A DNA stretch of 58,994 nucleotides from Candidatus Komeilibacteria bacterium (GTDB taxonomy: Bacteria; Patescibacteriota; Patescibacteriia; UBA1558; UBA10009), in contig JAUYIT010000017.1 in assembly GCA_030688315.1 (NCBI GenBank), positions 68,845 to 127,838 of the forward strand, in the 5' to 3' direction. This document shows positions 51,454 to 58,994 of this stretch, piece by piece. How positions within the stretch are numbered: the stretch's first letter is position 1; every line of letters starts with the position of its first letter. The notes beneath the pieces are model-generated. The model searched no databases. It had not been told where the DNA came from and saw nothing but the letters and a program-made list of their open reading frames with translations. The translations under genes and the position numbers were made by a program.

Positions 51454-52446
51454 GTGTTATACTCGCCTGATTATTATATGATTAATTTCTGGGAAAAATT
51501 GCCAAAACCGATTATTGCTCTCGCCCCCATGTGTGGTGTGACCGATTTGCCATTCCGCACTATTTGCCATCGTTACGGCGCTGATGTGGTTTATTCCGAA
51601 ATGACCATGGTTCAGGCCTTGGCTTACAAAGGCAAAAAAACCATGGACTTGGTTAAAATTTTGGAAGAAGAACGGCCGGTGGTTATTCAATTGGGCGGCA
51701 ACGATCCGGAATTGTTTTATAAAGCCGCCCAGGTGGTAGCGCAGGAAATCAGACCCGACGGGATTGATATCAACTTTGGTTGTCCGGCCAAAAAAGTGGC
51801 CGGCCACGGGAGTGGAGTTTCGTTGCTTAGGGATTTGGAAAAATCCTATCAAATTATTCAGGCCACTATTGAGGGGGCTCCGCGCCTGCCGGTTTCTTTT
51901 AAAACCAGAACGCAAATTAAATCCGTTGACAAGTGCTCCACTCATTGCAGTTTGGAATTGATTGAAAAAGTTAAGGACCTGCCCGTGGCCGCTTTAATGA
52001 TTCATGGCCGATCATTTGAAGCCCCCTGGATTGAAACAGTTGATTATGAATACATTAAGGAAGTCAGAAAAAACTTTAAAGGCATTTTACTCGCCAATGG
52101 CGGAATTTATGAACCTGAAAAAGTAAAGGAAGTTTTGGAACTGACTGGCGCTGATGGTGTGGGCATTGCCCATGGCGTTTACGGCCGTCCTTGGATTTTT
52201 AATCAAATCAAAGAATTGCTTAAAACCGGCCGGTTTGAAGATTTAACCTGGCCCCAAAAGCGTAAAATCGCCCTGGAGCACGCTCAATTGGCTTTTGAAG
52301 CTAAAGGGGCCCATGGCCTGGTGGAACTCCGCAAACAGCTGTTATGGTACGTTAAGGGCCTGCCCAACGCAACCGATTATCGGGAAAAACTCGTAACGTT
52401 GAGTAACTTAGAGGATATTAAAAAAACTCTGTTGGAAATTAAATAA
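51454..52446 (+). CDS. dus: tRNA-dihydrouridine synthase
   Basis: LAPMCGVTDLPFR, DINFGCPAKKV, HGRS, GVGIAHG motifs of the Dus family. Start uncertain: GTG 51454 or ATG 51478. Confidence 0.9.
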   Translation: MLYSPDYYMINFWEKLPKPIIALAPMCGVTDLPFRTICHRYGADVVYSEMTMVQALAYKGKKTMDLVKILEEERPVVIQLGGNDPELFYKAAQVVAQEIRPDGIDINFGCPAKKVAGHGSGVSLLRDLEKSYQIIQATIEGAPRLPVSFKTRTQIKSVDKCSTHCSLELIEKVKDLPVAALMIHGRSFEAPWIETVDYEYIKEVRKNFKGILLANGGIYEPEKVKEVLELTGADGVGIAHGVYGRPWIFNQIKELLKTGRFEDLTWPQKRKIALEHAQLAFEAKGAHGLVELRKQLLWYVKGLPNATDYREKLVTLSNLEDIKKTLLEIK

Positions 52447-52452
52447 AAAAAT

Positions 52453-52484
52453 GGGCTCGGTCCAGATGGATCGAGCCCTGTTTT
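52453..52484. terminator. bidirectional intrinsic terminator
   Basis: GGGCTCG-(12 nt)-CGAGCCC hairpin with an A-run upstream and TGTTTT downstream. Sits between convergent dus and the 52512 ORF. Confidence 0.5.
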
Positions 52485-52511
52485 CGCATGTTGCGATGAT
52501 ATTCGGGTTGT

Positions 52512-52886
52512 TCAGGCAGCATCTGCTTTGACTTCTGCCGCAACAAGAGCATGAAGAAAATGAGCTTCGATTCCGATTGTCGTATTGTCGGGAAACACCA
52601 CAACAGCAATTGCGGAATCATTCATTCTATCATGATTAACGATGAGAAGTTCCTTAACTATCGCATGGTTTGTAAGTTCTGTAAGCGGTTTTATTGACAC
52701 CGATTGCAGTATTTGACCAGGAAAAGCATTCGACAAACGTTCGTTTGGTTCAAGGCCCTCTCCAAAATCACGCTTATCAGAACACACCTTCTCAACCACG
52801 AACTCGATCGGCGTGTCATGGTCATAATTAATTATGACAAAGAATTGCTCACCGTTGATACCCGTAGTATGGTATGAATGGAGCAT
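52512..52886 (-). CDS. hypothetical protein (124 aa)
   Basis: Strong SD AAGGAGGTAAA immediately before ATG 52886 (MLHSYHTTG...). No family recognised. Confidence 0.55.
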   Translation of the reverse strand: MLHSYHTTGINGEQFFVIINYDHDTPIEFVVEKVCSDKRDFGEGLEPNERLSNAFPGQILQSVSIKPLTELTNHAIVKELLIVNHDRMNDSAIAVVVFPDNTTIGIEAHFLHALVAAEVKADAA

Positions 52887-53025
52887 TTTACCTCCTTGTA
52901 AAATACCTTTTCTCGAACCTTTGGCGAAGGCCAAAAATTGATTCGAGATATTACCTTAGCAAAAATATAATATTATGTCAATACAAAAATCCGCCGATTG
53001 ATTTCGACGGATTTTTAAATATAGA

Positions 53026-53577
53026 TTAACGCTTGGCAAACTGCGGCGCGCGTCTGGCGCGTTTGAGACCGGGCTTTTTACGTTCCTTTTTACGGGAATC
53101 TCTGGTTAACCAGCCCTCGCCGCGCAAAGTTTTCTTTAAAGTTTCATCCATCTTTAACAGCGCTCTGGAAATACCGTGCCGCACCGCTTCGGCCTGTGAT
53201 CTAATGCCGCCGCCAGCTACTTTAACGCTGATAAAATATTTGCCCAGTAAATTCAATTTTTTCAGGGGCTGTTCCACAATCTGATGATATTCCGGAAAAG
53301 GAAACCGCGCCAAGTAATCCTTGCCGTCAACCAGCAAATCGGTGCGGGCATCCTTAAGGTAAAGGCGGACTCTGGCCACGGCGGTTTTGCGCTTGCCAAC
53401 AGCAAAGATATAAGGCAATTTTTTATCGTGTTTAGCTGGCTTAACTTCCAAAACAGTTTCAGGTTCTTCAACCTGAACCGGTTTAGCAACTTTAACATCC
53501 TCTGTTTTTTCAGCAACCGGAACAGCTTTTTTTCTAGCCGGTTTAACGGGTTTAACGGCGGTAGCGGTAGTGGTCAT
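53026..53577 (-). CDS. rpsI: 30S ribosomal protein S9 with a ~55-aa K/P/V/E-rich N-terminal extension
   Basis: GKRKTAVARV..., GGGIRSQAEAVRHGISRAL and the C-terminal ...RRAPQFAKR are canonical S9. Confidence 0.92.
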   Translation of the reverse strand: MTTTATAVKPVKPARKKAVPVAEKTEDVKVAKPVQVEEPETVLEVKPAKHDKKLPYIFAVGKRKTAVARVRLYLKDARTDLLVDGKDYLARFPFPEYHQIVEQPLKKLNLLGKYFISVKVAGGGIRSQAEAVRHGISRALLKMDETLKKTLRGEGWLTRDSRKKERKKPGLKRARRAPQFAKR

Positions 53578-53583
53578 AATAAA

Positions 53584-53943
53584 TTATTTAATATTCAATC
53601 TTTTAATCATTTCGGGCCTAAGCTTATTTTTTGGCAGCATATTGTAAACGATTTTTTTAAAAACCTGACCCGGATTTTCTTTAAACAATTTGGCCAAAGG
53701 CGCGCTTTTTAAGCCGCCGGGATGCTGGGAATGGTGATACTTAACTTCAGTCAGCAATTTTTTGCCGGAAAACTTTAGTTTATCAATATTAGTAACATCC
53801 ACTTCGGCGCCGGCATCAATATTGGGCCGATAACCGACCACATTTTTGCCCATCAATAAATAAGCTATTTTGGAAGCCAAGCGTCCGGCTATCTCGCCCG
53901 CGGCGTCAAAGGAATGTTTTTCTCTGATAATCTTTTTAATCAT
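53584..53943 (-). CDS. rplM: 50S ribosomal protein L13
   Basis: FDAAGEIAGRLASKIAYLLMGKN, YHHSQHPGGLK, MLPKNKL. Start taken at ATG 53943 to avoid overlap with rplQ. Confidence 0.9.
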   Translation of the reverse strand: MIKKIIREKHSFDAAGEIAGRLASKIAYLLMGKNVVGYRPNIDAGAEVDVTNIDKLKFSGKKLLTEVKYHHSQHPGGLKSAPLAKLFKENPGQVFKKIVYNMLPKNKLRPEMIKRLNIK

Positions 53944-53947
53944 ATAT

Positions 53948-54298
53948 TTAAACCAGTTCAATCTGCACCATGGGGGCGCTATCGCCCAAACGGTTGCCTA
54001 ACTTGATAATTCTTAAATAACCACCGGATCTTTCCTTATATCTTGGTCCTAAAACTTCAAATATCTTTTTAACCGCGCTTTTAATGGGCAAGCGGGCTAG
54101 TAACACGCGGCGATTGGCCAAAGTATCGGTTTTACCGCGGGTAATCACTTTTTCCACCAACGGCTTAATGGCCTTAGCTTTGGCGGTAGTGGTTTTTATT
54201 TTTTCATATAAAACAACCTGGCAAATTAAATTTGACAGCAAGGCCTTCCGCGGGGCCTTTTTTCTATCCAAAGTGACTTTTTTCTTGCGATGATTCAT
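53948..54298 (-). CDS. rplQ: 50S ribosomal protein L17
   Basis: MNHRKKKVTLDRK...ALLSNL...TTTAKAKAIKPLVEKVIT...GGYLRIIKLGNRLGD is canonical L17. Confidence 0.92.
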   Translation of the reverse strand: MNHRKKKVTLDRKKAPRKALLSNLICQVVLYEKIKTTTAKAKAIKPLVEKVITRGKTDTLANRRVLLARLPIKSAVKKIFEVLGPRYKERSGGYLRIIKLGNRLGDSAPMVQIELV

Positions 54299-54326
54299 AT
54301 TCTTTATCTAAAACGTCAATCATTAA

Positions 54327-55142
54327 TTATTCGGCTTTTTTAGGTCGGCCGCGCTTTTTGCTTTTTTTATCGTCATCCTCGCTTTCAGCGTCAGCATCCT
54401 CCTCACCTTCCTCTTCCTTAACCTTACCGGCTTTGCTTGTTTTAACAGGGGCCTGCTCGGCGGAATTTTCGTAAACAAAGGAAAAATGCTTTAACAAAAT
54501 ATCGCTCGCCTCGGCCATGGCATCTTTGGGCGAAACAGTGCCGTCGGTTTCAATCTGCAACACCAGGCGTTCAAAATCAGTGCGCTCTCCCAAACGAATG
54601 TTATCAATGTCAAAACCGACTTTGGTAAGCGGGGTGTACAGCGCGTCAACCATGATGGTGCCCAAATCAACTTTTTCCTTAACCCGATCTTCTACCGTCA
54701 CATAGCCGTAGCCCTTTTGCGCGATAAATTCCATTTCCATATCGGCGGATTTATCGGTCAAAGTGGCGATAATTTGCGAGGGGTTGGCGATTTCCACCAA
54801 AGAATTTTTTTCAATATCCCCAGCCGTAACCGTTTTTTCACCTTTTACCTTAAGGGTTAAAACAACCGGCTCATCGCTAAAAACCTTGACCCTGATTTTT
54901 TTAATATTCAGCGCCAAACCCACTGCATCTTCTTTGACGTGTGGCAGGGAGGAAAATTCGTGCATCACGCCCTTCAGCTTAAACGAGGTGATGGCCGAAC
55001 CGCTGATTGAAGAAAGCAAAACGCGTCTTAAGGCGTTACCAATGGTTACGCCGTAGCCCGGATAGCACGGTTCCACCGTAACGGTGGCGCGATTGCCTTT
55101 GACTTCCTTAAACTCTAATTTTGACGGAAGTAATATACTCAT
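54327..55142 (-). CDS. rpoA: DNA-directed RNA polymerase alpha subunit: N-terminal domain only, plus an acidic/AT-hook tail
   Basis: GNALRRVLLSSI, ...ERLVLQIETDGTVSPKDA...ILLKHFSFV give a complete alpha-NTD. The protein ends 40 aa later (…EEEGEEDADAESEDDDKKSKKRGRPKKAE) with no helix-hairpin-helix CTD. Confidence 0.9.
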   Translation of the reverse strand: MSILLPSKLEFKEVKGNRATVTVEPCYPGYGVTIGNALRRVLLSSISGSAITSFKLKGVMHEFSSLPHVKEDAVGLALNIKKIRVKVFSDEPVVLTLKVKGEKTVTAGDIEKNSLVEIANPSQIIATLTDKSADMEMEFIAQKGYGYVTVEDRVKEKVDLGTIMVDALYTPLTKVGFDIDNIRLGERTDFERLVLQIETDGTVSPKDAMAEASDILLKHFSFVYENSAEQAPVKTSKAGKVKEEEGEEDADAESEDDDKKSKKRGRPKKAE

Positions 55143-55169
55143 ATTTAAATGCCCTCCTAATTAATAAAA

Positions 55170-55805
55170 TTAACGGGAATAAAATTCAATAATTAAAGTG
55201 GGGTCAAAGGTGGACACCAAATCATCCTTGGCCGGCAAGCTGACCATTTTACCGTTGAACTCGACGGCGTTTAAAGAAAGCCAACCCGGAGTTTCCACTT
55301 TGGCCAGTTTGGGCAAACGATCCTGCCAATACTTATTAACCATGGCCGAGGGTTTGATGCCGATGATATTGCCCACATTGACGTTGGCGCTAGGGATGCC
55401 TAAAACCTTGCTGTTAACGGTAATATGGCCGTGATTGACCAGCTGTCTGGCGCTATCGCGGCTATCGGCAAAACCGAGACGGTAGATAACGTTATCCAAC
55501 CGGGTTTCCAGCAATTTAATCAGATTTTCCGAAGTATTACCGGCCATTTTACCGGCTTTAACAAAGTAGCGATGGAATTCCCTTTCCAACAAACGGTAGG
55601 TTTTTTTGGCCTTCTGTTTTTCACGCAAACGTTCGCCGTAACCGGATTGGCGCTTGCCTTTTTTAAGGTTGGGGCCGTGCATGCCGGGCGGATAAGGCCT
55701 TTTGATCATCGGATTTTTGGGCGAAGTGTTTTTTTCGCCTTTCAAAAAAAGATTCACGCCTTCGCGCCGTTCCTGCTTGGATTTTGGTTCTAAATTCCTA
55801 CCCAT
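55170..55805 (-). CDS. rpsD: 30S ribosomal protein S4
   Basis: YGERLREKQKAKKTY, RLDNVIYRLGFA.SR..ARQLV.HGH are canonical S4. Confidence 0.95.
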   Translation of the reverse strand: MGRNLEPKSKQERREGVNLFLKGEKNTSPKNPMIKRPYPPGMHGPNLKKGKRQSGYGERLREKQKAKKTYRLLEREFHRYFVKAGKMAGNTSENLIKLLETRLDNVIYRLGFADSRDSARQLVNHGHITVNSKVLGIPSANVNVGNIIGIKPSAMVNKYWQDRLPKLAKVETPGWLSLNAVEFNGKMVSLPAKDDLVSTFDPTLIIEFYSR

Positions 55806-55840
55806 AGGATAATTTCTAAAATTAGCTGTTGAAAATTAAA

Positions 55841-56254
55841 TTAAACTCTTCTTGGCTTGGGCGCCCTACAGCCGTTGTGCGGGATCGGGGTTAAATCCTT
55901 GATGGAAATAACTTCCAAACCGTTGGCGTGCAAAGCTCTGACCGCGCCTTCGCGTCCGCTACCCACGCCTTTAACAAATACGTCCACCTGCTGTAACCCG
56001 GATTCCTTAAGCCTGTCCATTAAAGTCCTCACGATAATACCGGCGGCGTAAGGAGTGGATTTTTTAGGACCTTTAAAACCGCAGGCACCGGCCGAAGAGG
56101 CGGCCACCGCGTTGCCATTCTGGTCGGTAATAGTAATAATGGTGTTGTTATAAGTTGCCTGAATATGGGCCTGGCCCCTTTTAAGGGTCAACTTGGCTTT
56201 CTTTTTTCTTTTAGGAGCGGCTTTGACCGCTTCCTTTTTTGCTTCTTCAGCCAT
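55841..56254 (-). CDS. rpsK: 30S ribosomal protein S11
   Basis: AHIQATYNNTIITITD..GN....SAG..GFKG.KKSTPYAA... PHNGCR.PK.RRV. Confidence 0.95.
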   Translation of the reverse strand: MAEEAKKEAVKAAPKRKKKAKLTLKRGQAHIQATYNNTIITITDQNGNAVAASSAGACGFKGPKKSTPYAAGIIVRTLMDRLKESGLQQVDVFVKGVGSGREGAVRALHANGLEVISIKDLTPIPHNGCRAPKPRRV

Positions 56255-56275
56255 ATGATTTATTTATCGGTAAAA

Positions 56276-56668
56276 TTAAGTCTTCTGGTTAGCCGACTTA
56301 CGACCGGAACCCATGGTCCGGCGGACGTTGCCGCGCACGGTACGGGAATTATTCTTGGTTTTTTGGCCTCTCACCGGCAAACCGCGTTGATGCCTAATGC
56401 CTCTAAAACACTTGATTTCCTTAAGGCGCTTGATATTGGTTAAAACTTCCCGCTTCAATTCGCCTTCCACTTTAAAATTCTTTTCAATGTATTCTCTTAA
56501 GCGGTTGGCGTCGGCATCGCTGACGTTTTTAATTCTGGTATCGGGATTAATGCCCAGCTGAGCCAAAATCTTTTGGGCGCGCGCCAAACCGATGCCGTAA
56601 ATATACGGCAGACCGGCTTCGATTCTTTTTTCGTTGGGCAAAGTGTAGCCCGAAATTCTAATTGCCAT
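56276..56668 (-). CDS. rpsM: 30S ribosomal protein S13
   Basis: [27 protein letters not shown]... [16 protein letters not shown]. Start at ATG 56668, not the track's 56707. Confidence 0.95.
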   Translation of the reverse strand: MAIRISGYTLPNEKRIEAGLPYIYGIGLARAQKILAQLGINPDTRIKNVSDADANRLREYIEKNFKVEGELKREVLTNIKRLKEIKCFRGIRHQRGLPVRGQKTKNNSRTVRGNVRRTMGSGRKSANQKT

Positions 56669-56677
56669 ATTTTTATA

Positions 56678-56780
56678 AATTTCCAAGTTCCAAATTTCAA
56701 TTTCCAATTTTAACTATGAATTATTATTTGTTATTTGAATTTTGTAATTTATTTAGAAATTGGTGCTTGTAATTTGTAGT
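56678..56780. repeat. AATTTCCAA / CAAATTACAAGCACCAATTTC short-repeat cluster in the rpmJ-rpsM spacer
   Basis: Plus strand AAATTTCCAAGTTCCAAATTTCAATTTCCAATTTT...GAAATTGGTGCTTGTAATTTG. The reverse complement AAGCACCAATTTC is identical to a 13-mer in tagA. Confidence 0.6.
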
Positions 56781-56784
56781 TTAG

Positions 56785-56898
56785 CTATCCTTGTCTTTGC
56801 TTGTGCTTGGGATTTTTGCAGATGCAAACCACCCGGCCTTTGCGCCTGGTGATTTTACAATCCTTGCAAATTTTTTTAACTGATGTTCTAACTTTCAT
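56785..56898 (-). CDS. rpmJ: 50S ribosomal protein L36
   Basis: 37-aa ORF below the track's cutoff: [37 protein letters not shown], canonical L36 with CxxC...CxxxH zinc ligands. Confidence 0.9.
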   Translation of the reverse strand: MKVRTSVKKICKDCKITRRKGRVVCICKNPKHKQRQG

Positions 56899-56939
56899 AA
56901 TAGTATTGTCATTGTAAAGTGAAACGATAGCATCTCCAA

Positions 56940-57176
56940 TTACATTCTAAACACAATTCTGCCCTTGGTTAAATCGTACGGCGTCATTTCCACTTTAACC
57001 TTGTCGCCGGGCACCAAACGGATGTTGAACATCCGCATTTTGCCGGAAAGATGGGCTAAAATTTCATGGCCGTTATCCAATTTTACCCTAAAAGCGGCCG
57101 CGGGCAGTAATTCTTCAATCTCGCCGATCACCTCGATAAAGCCCTTTTTATTGGTCGTTGGTTGATTGTCAGTCAT
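56940..57176 (-). CDS. infA: translation initiation factor IF-1
   Basis: ...[49 protein letters not shown] is canonical IF-1 (S1-like OB fold). Confidence 0.95.
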   Translation of the reverse strand: MTDNQPTTNKKGFIEVIGEIEELLPAAAFRVKLDNGHEILAHLSGKMRMFNIRLVPGDKVKVEMTPYDLTKGRIVFRM

Positions 57177-57320
57177 TTATTGGTAACAAAAAAGGAATTC
57201 TCCACCCTTCATTGCCGCGTTTTTAACCGGAACTCATGAAAAATAGGGAAATTTCCGCTAAAATATGGCTTTTTTGCCTCTATGTTAATATCTATTTACT
57301 TAATGGCTATATTTTACACT

Positions 57321-57356
57321 AAATAAAAAATGTGTCAACCCGCCGAATCGGCGGGT
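57321..57356 (-). terminator. possible intrinsic terminator after alaS
   Basis: ACCCGCCG-AAT-CGGCGGGT hairpin (57338-57356) abutting the TGA stop. The U-run (plus-strand A-run 57321-57330) lies 7 nt beyond the stem, which is not ideal. Confidence 0.4.
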
Positions 57357-58994
57357 CAAGACAAGATCGCCTTAATCCGCCTAACGCCGGCGGAAACAGC
57401 TTCTTCTTTGGAGATTTTAAAGATGCCCATGGTGCCGGTCTGCTCCACATGAGGCCCGCCGCAGATTTCTTTGGAATAATCGCCGATAAAGTAAACTTTG
57501 ACCTTATCGCCGTATTTTTCGCCGAACAAACCGACTGCTCCCCTGTTTTTAGCTTGATCAACTGACATTTCTTCAAAATGGACGGTCAGATCGTCGTTAA
57601 TCTTTTGATTGACAATCTCTTCAACCTGCTTGATTTGTTCCGCTGTCATTTTTTCGGGATGAGTAAAGTCAAAGCGTAATCTTTCTGAAGTAATGTTTGA
57701 ACCTTTTTGATTAGCATGAGTACCAAGTACGTCTTTTAAGGCCTGATGCAGTAAATGAGTTGCAGTGTGATATTTAACCACGATTTCCGAATGATCGGCC
57801 AAACCGCCCTTAAACATACCGGCTGAAGCGGTACGCGACAAATCCTGATGCTTGGTCATTTCTTCTTCAAATTCATTTAAATCAACTTCGACGTTAATTT
57901 CTTTAGCCAGCTCTTGGGTCATTTCCAAAGGAAAACCATAGGTAGCGTATAAATCAAACGCTTCAGCACCGGAAATTTTTTTATTGGCCGACATTTTATT
58001 AAATTCCCTTAACCCGTTGGCTAGAGTTTTTTCAAAACCTTCTTCTTCTTTATCCAGTTCGGATAAAACGCGTTGTTTGTTTTTTGCCAATTCAGGGTAA
58101 GCATCGGCCAGACCGGTAATAACCAACTCCCCGACTTTGTCGCTAAGATTGATGGCTTCAGGGATATTCATTTTTTTGGCGTAGCGGATAGCGCGGCGGA
58201 TCAACTTGCGGACAACGTAACCCTGTTTAAGGTTTGACGGCAGTATTCCTAAATCATCGGCCATAATCATTATAGCGGACCTTAAGTGGTCAGCGATGAT
58301 GCGGGCTGAACGTTCGTCATAATTTTGCGCGACTGACTTGAGGTAGTCCATGATGGGCGCGAAGAGTTCAATTTGGTAAACCGATTTTTTACCTTGCATA
58401 ACGGCGGCAGTCCGTTCCACACCCATACCAGTATCCACGTTTTTTTGCTCTAAGGGTTCATATTTTCCGTCGGCCGTCCGGTTGTATTGCATAAACACAT
58501 CGTTCCAGATTTCCACCCAGTTGGAATCTTTGGGGTCAAAATGGGCCGGGGCGGAGGTGGTGCCTGTCCAGTAAAACATTTCGGTATCGGGGCCTTGCGG
58601 GCCCGGATTTTTACCGCCAGCCGGCCACCAGTTATCTTCTTTACCTAAGCGGGCGATTCTTTTTTCCGGAATGCCTAATGAGATCCAGATGTCATACGAC
58701 TCTTGGTCAAACGGGCAATCCGCATCTCCGCCAAACACGCTAATGGCCAATTTATTTTTATCCAAACCAAGCCACTTGGGATCAGTCAAAAATTCATACG
58801 ACCAGCCGATCGCTTCCTGCTTCCAATAATCCCCAAGCGACCAGTTGCCCAGCATTTCAAAAAAAGTCAGGTGGACCGTATCCCCCACTTCGTCTATATC
58901 GCCGGTCCGAATGCATTTTTGGACATCGACTAAGCGCGTGCCGCCAGGGTGTTTTTGCCCGGTTAAGTATGGTACCAGCGGATGCATGCCGGCG
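57356..58994 (-). CDS. alaS: alanine--tRNA ligase (5' end beyond the window; ends right after the editing domain)
   Basis: FFEMLGNWSLGDYWK, class II core, editing-domain HxxxH (TATHLLHQAL) and CGGPHV motifs. The ORF stays open to the window edge. Confidence 0.93.
   Translation of the reverse strand, partial: AGMHPLVPYLTGQKHPGGTRLVDVQKCIRTGDIDEVGDTVHLTFFEMLGNWSLGDYWKQEAIGWSYEFLTDPKWLGLDKNKLAISVFGGDADCPFDQESYDIWISLGIPEKRIARLGKEDNWWPAGGKNPGPQGPDTEMFYWTGTTSAPAHFDPKDSNWVEIWNDVFMQYNRTADGKYEPLEQKNVDTGMGVERTAAVMQGKKSVYQIELFAPIMDYLKSVAQNYDERSARIIADHLRSAIMIMADDLGILPSNLKQGYVVRKLIRRAIRYAKKMNIPEAINLSDKVGELVITGLADAYPELAKNKQRVLSELDKEEEGFEKTLANGLREFNKMSANKKISGAEAFDLYATYGFPLEMTQELAKEINVEVDLNEFEEEMTKHQDLSRTASAGMFKGGLADHSEIVVKYHTATHLLHQALKDVLGTHANQKGSNITSERLRFDFTHPEKMTAEQIKQVEEIVNQKINDDLTVHFEEMSVDQAKNRGAVGLFGEKYGDKVKVYFIGDYSKEICGGPHVEQTGTMGIFKISKEEAVSAGVRRIKAILS

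Noticed and set aside
56669-56707. rpsM extension [13 protein letters not shown], and the TTG/GTG-extended starts of hpf (9322), the antitoxin (29672) and the small membrane protein (50994).
   Set aside because: The extensions run through repeat or promoter sequence. Internal ATGs give canonical N-termini (MAIRISG..., MKYQIYAKNLE..., MKTLISVK...) or have a strong SD (51066).
56678-56780. Possible CRISPR array or other regularly spaced repeat array (AATTTCCAA clusters; CATTGCGAGGAG repeats).
   Set aside because: The repeats are short, irregularly spaced and degenerate, with no repeat-spacer periodicity. No cas genes are in the window.
1-58994. Alternative genetic code (UGA recoding as in Gracilibacteria/SR1-type CPR lineages, or TAA reassignment prompted by the cdd TAA).
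   Set aside because: Recognisable genes terminate at full length on TGA (murD, alaS, cdd), TAA (mraY, secA and many others) and TAG (rpmJ). Conserved proteins are intact under the standard code.

Overview
58,994-bp AT-rich, very gene-dense bacterial chromosomal segment. It reads cleanly with the standard bacterial code: TAA, TAG and TGA all terminate recognisable genes. I call about 60 protein genes. By eye I found no rRNA, tRNA, CRISPR array, transposase or integrase. Order of content: (1) dcw-type cell-wall cluster mraY-murD-ftsW-murG-murC-[reverse lipoprotein gene]-murB. (2) A prs-like gene, hpf-secA and secD-secF. (3) An orphan sigma-region-4/HARE-HTH protein. (4) A three-gene module: membrane protein, soluble TraD/VirD4-like ATPase, processive GT2 synthase. 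(5) fmt-def, a plant-type gamma-glutamylcysteine ligase, a LigB-like protein and a secreted repeat protein. (6) A tagA-like gene, then a low-GC islet with an HExxH protein and a relBE-type toxin-antitoxin cassette sitting directly in front of gltX. (7) An EnvC-like M23 peptidase. (8) A roughly 17-kb minus-strand array: ftsQ-like, femX-like, degT-like, membrane-anchored murF, hydrolase, serS, rdgB, lysS and a 7-gene Wzx/Wzy-type glycan cluster. (9) A cdd-like gene interrupted by an in-frame TAA, a small membrane protein and dus. (10) alaS(partial)-infA-rpmJ-rpsM-rpsK-rpsD-rpoA-rplQ-rplM-rpsI. Divergent housekeeping proteins, truncated RpoA and AlaRS, and CATTGCGAGGAG-type palindromic repeats suggest an uncultivated Patescibacteria/CPR-like genome; this is inference and cannot be verified here. 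The observations I rate highest are: the membrane protein + T4CP-like ATPase + GT2 synthase module; a parvulin PPIase domain embedded in SecD; RpoA with no alpha-CTD but an AT-hook tail; a TA cassette flanked by a 25-bp duplication of the gltX 5' end; a 28-bp perfect palindrome in frame inside fmt; and the interrupted cytidine-deaminase gene. All family assignments come from motif recognition by eye. No database search was run.
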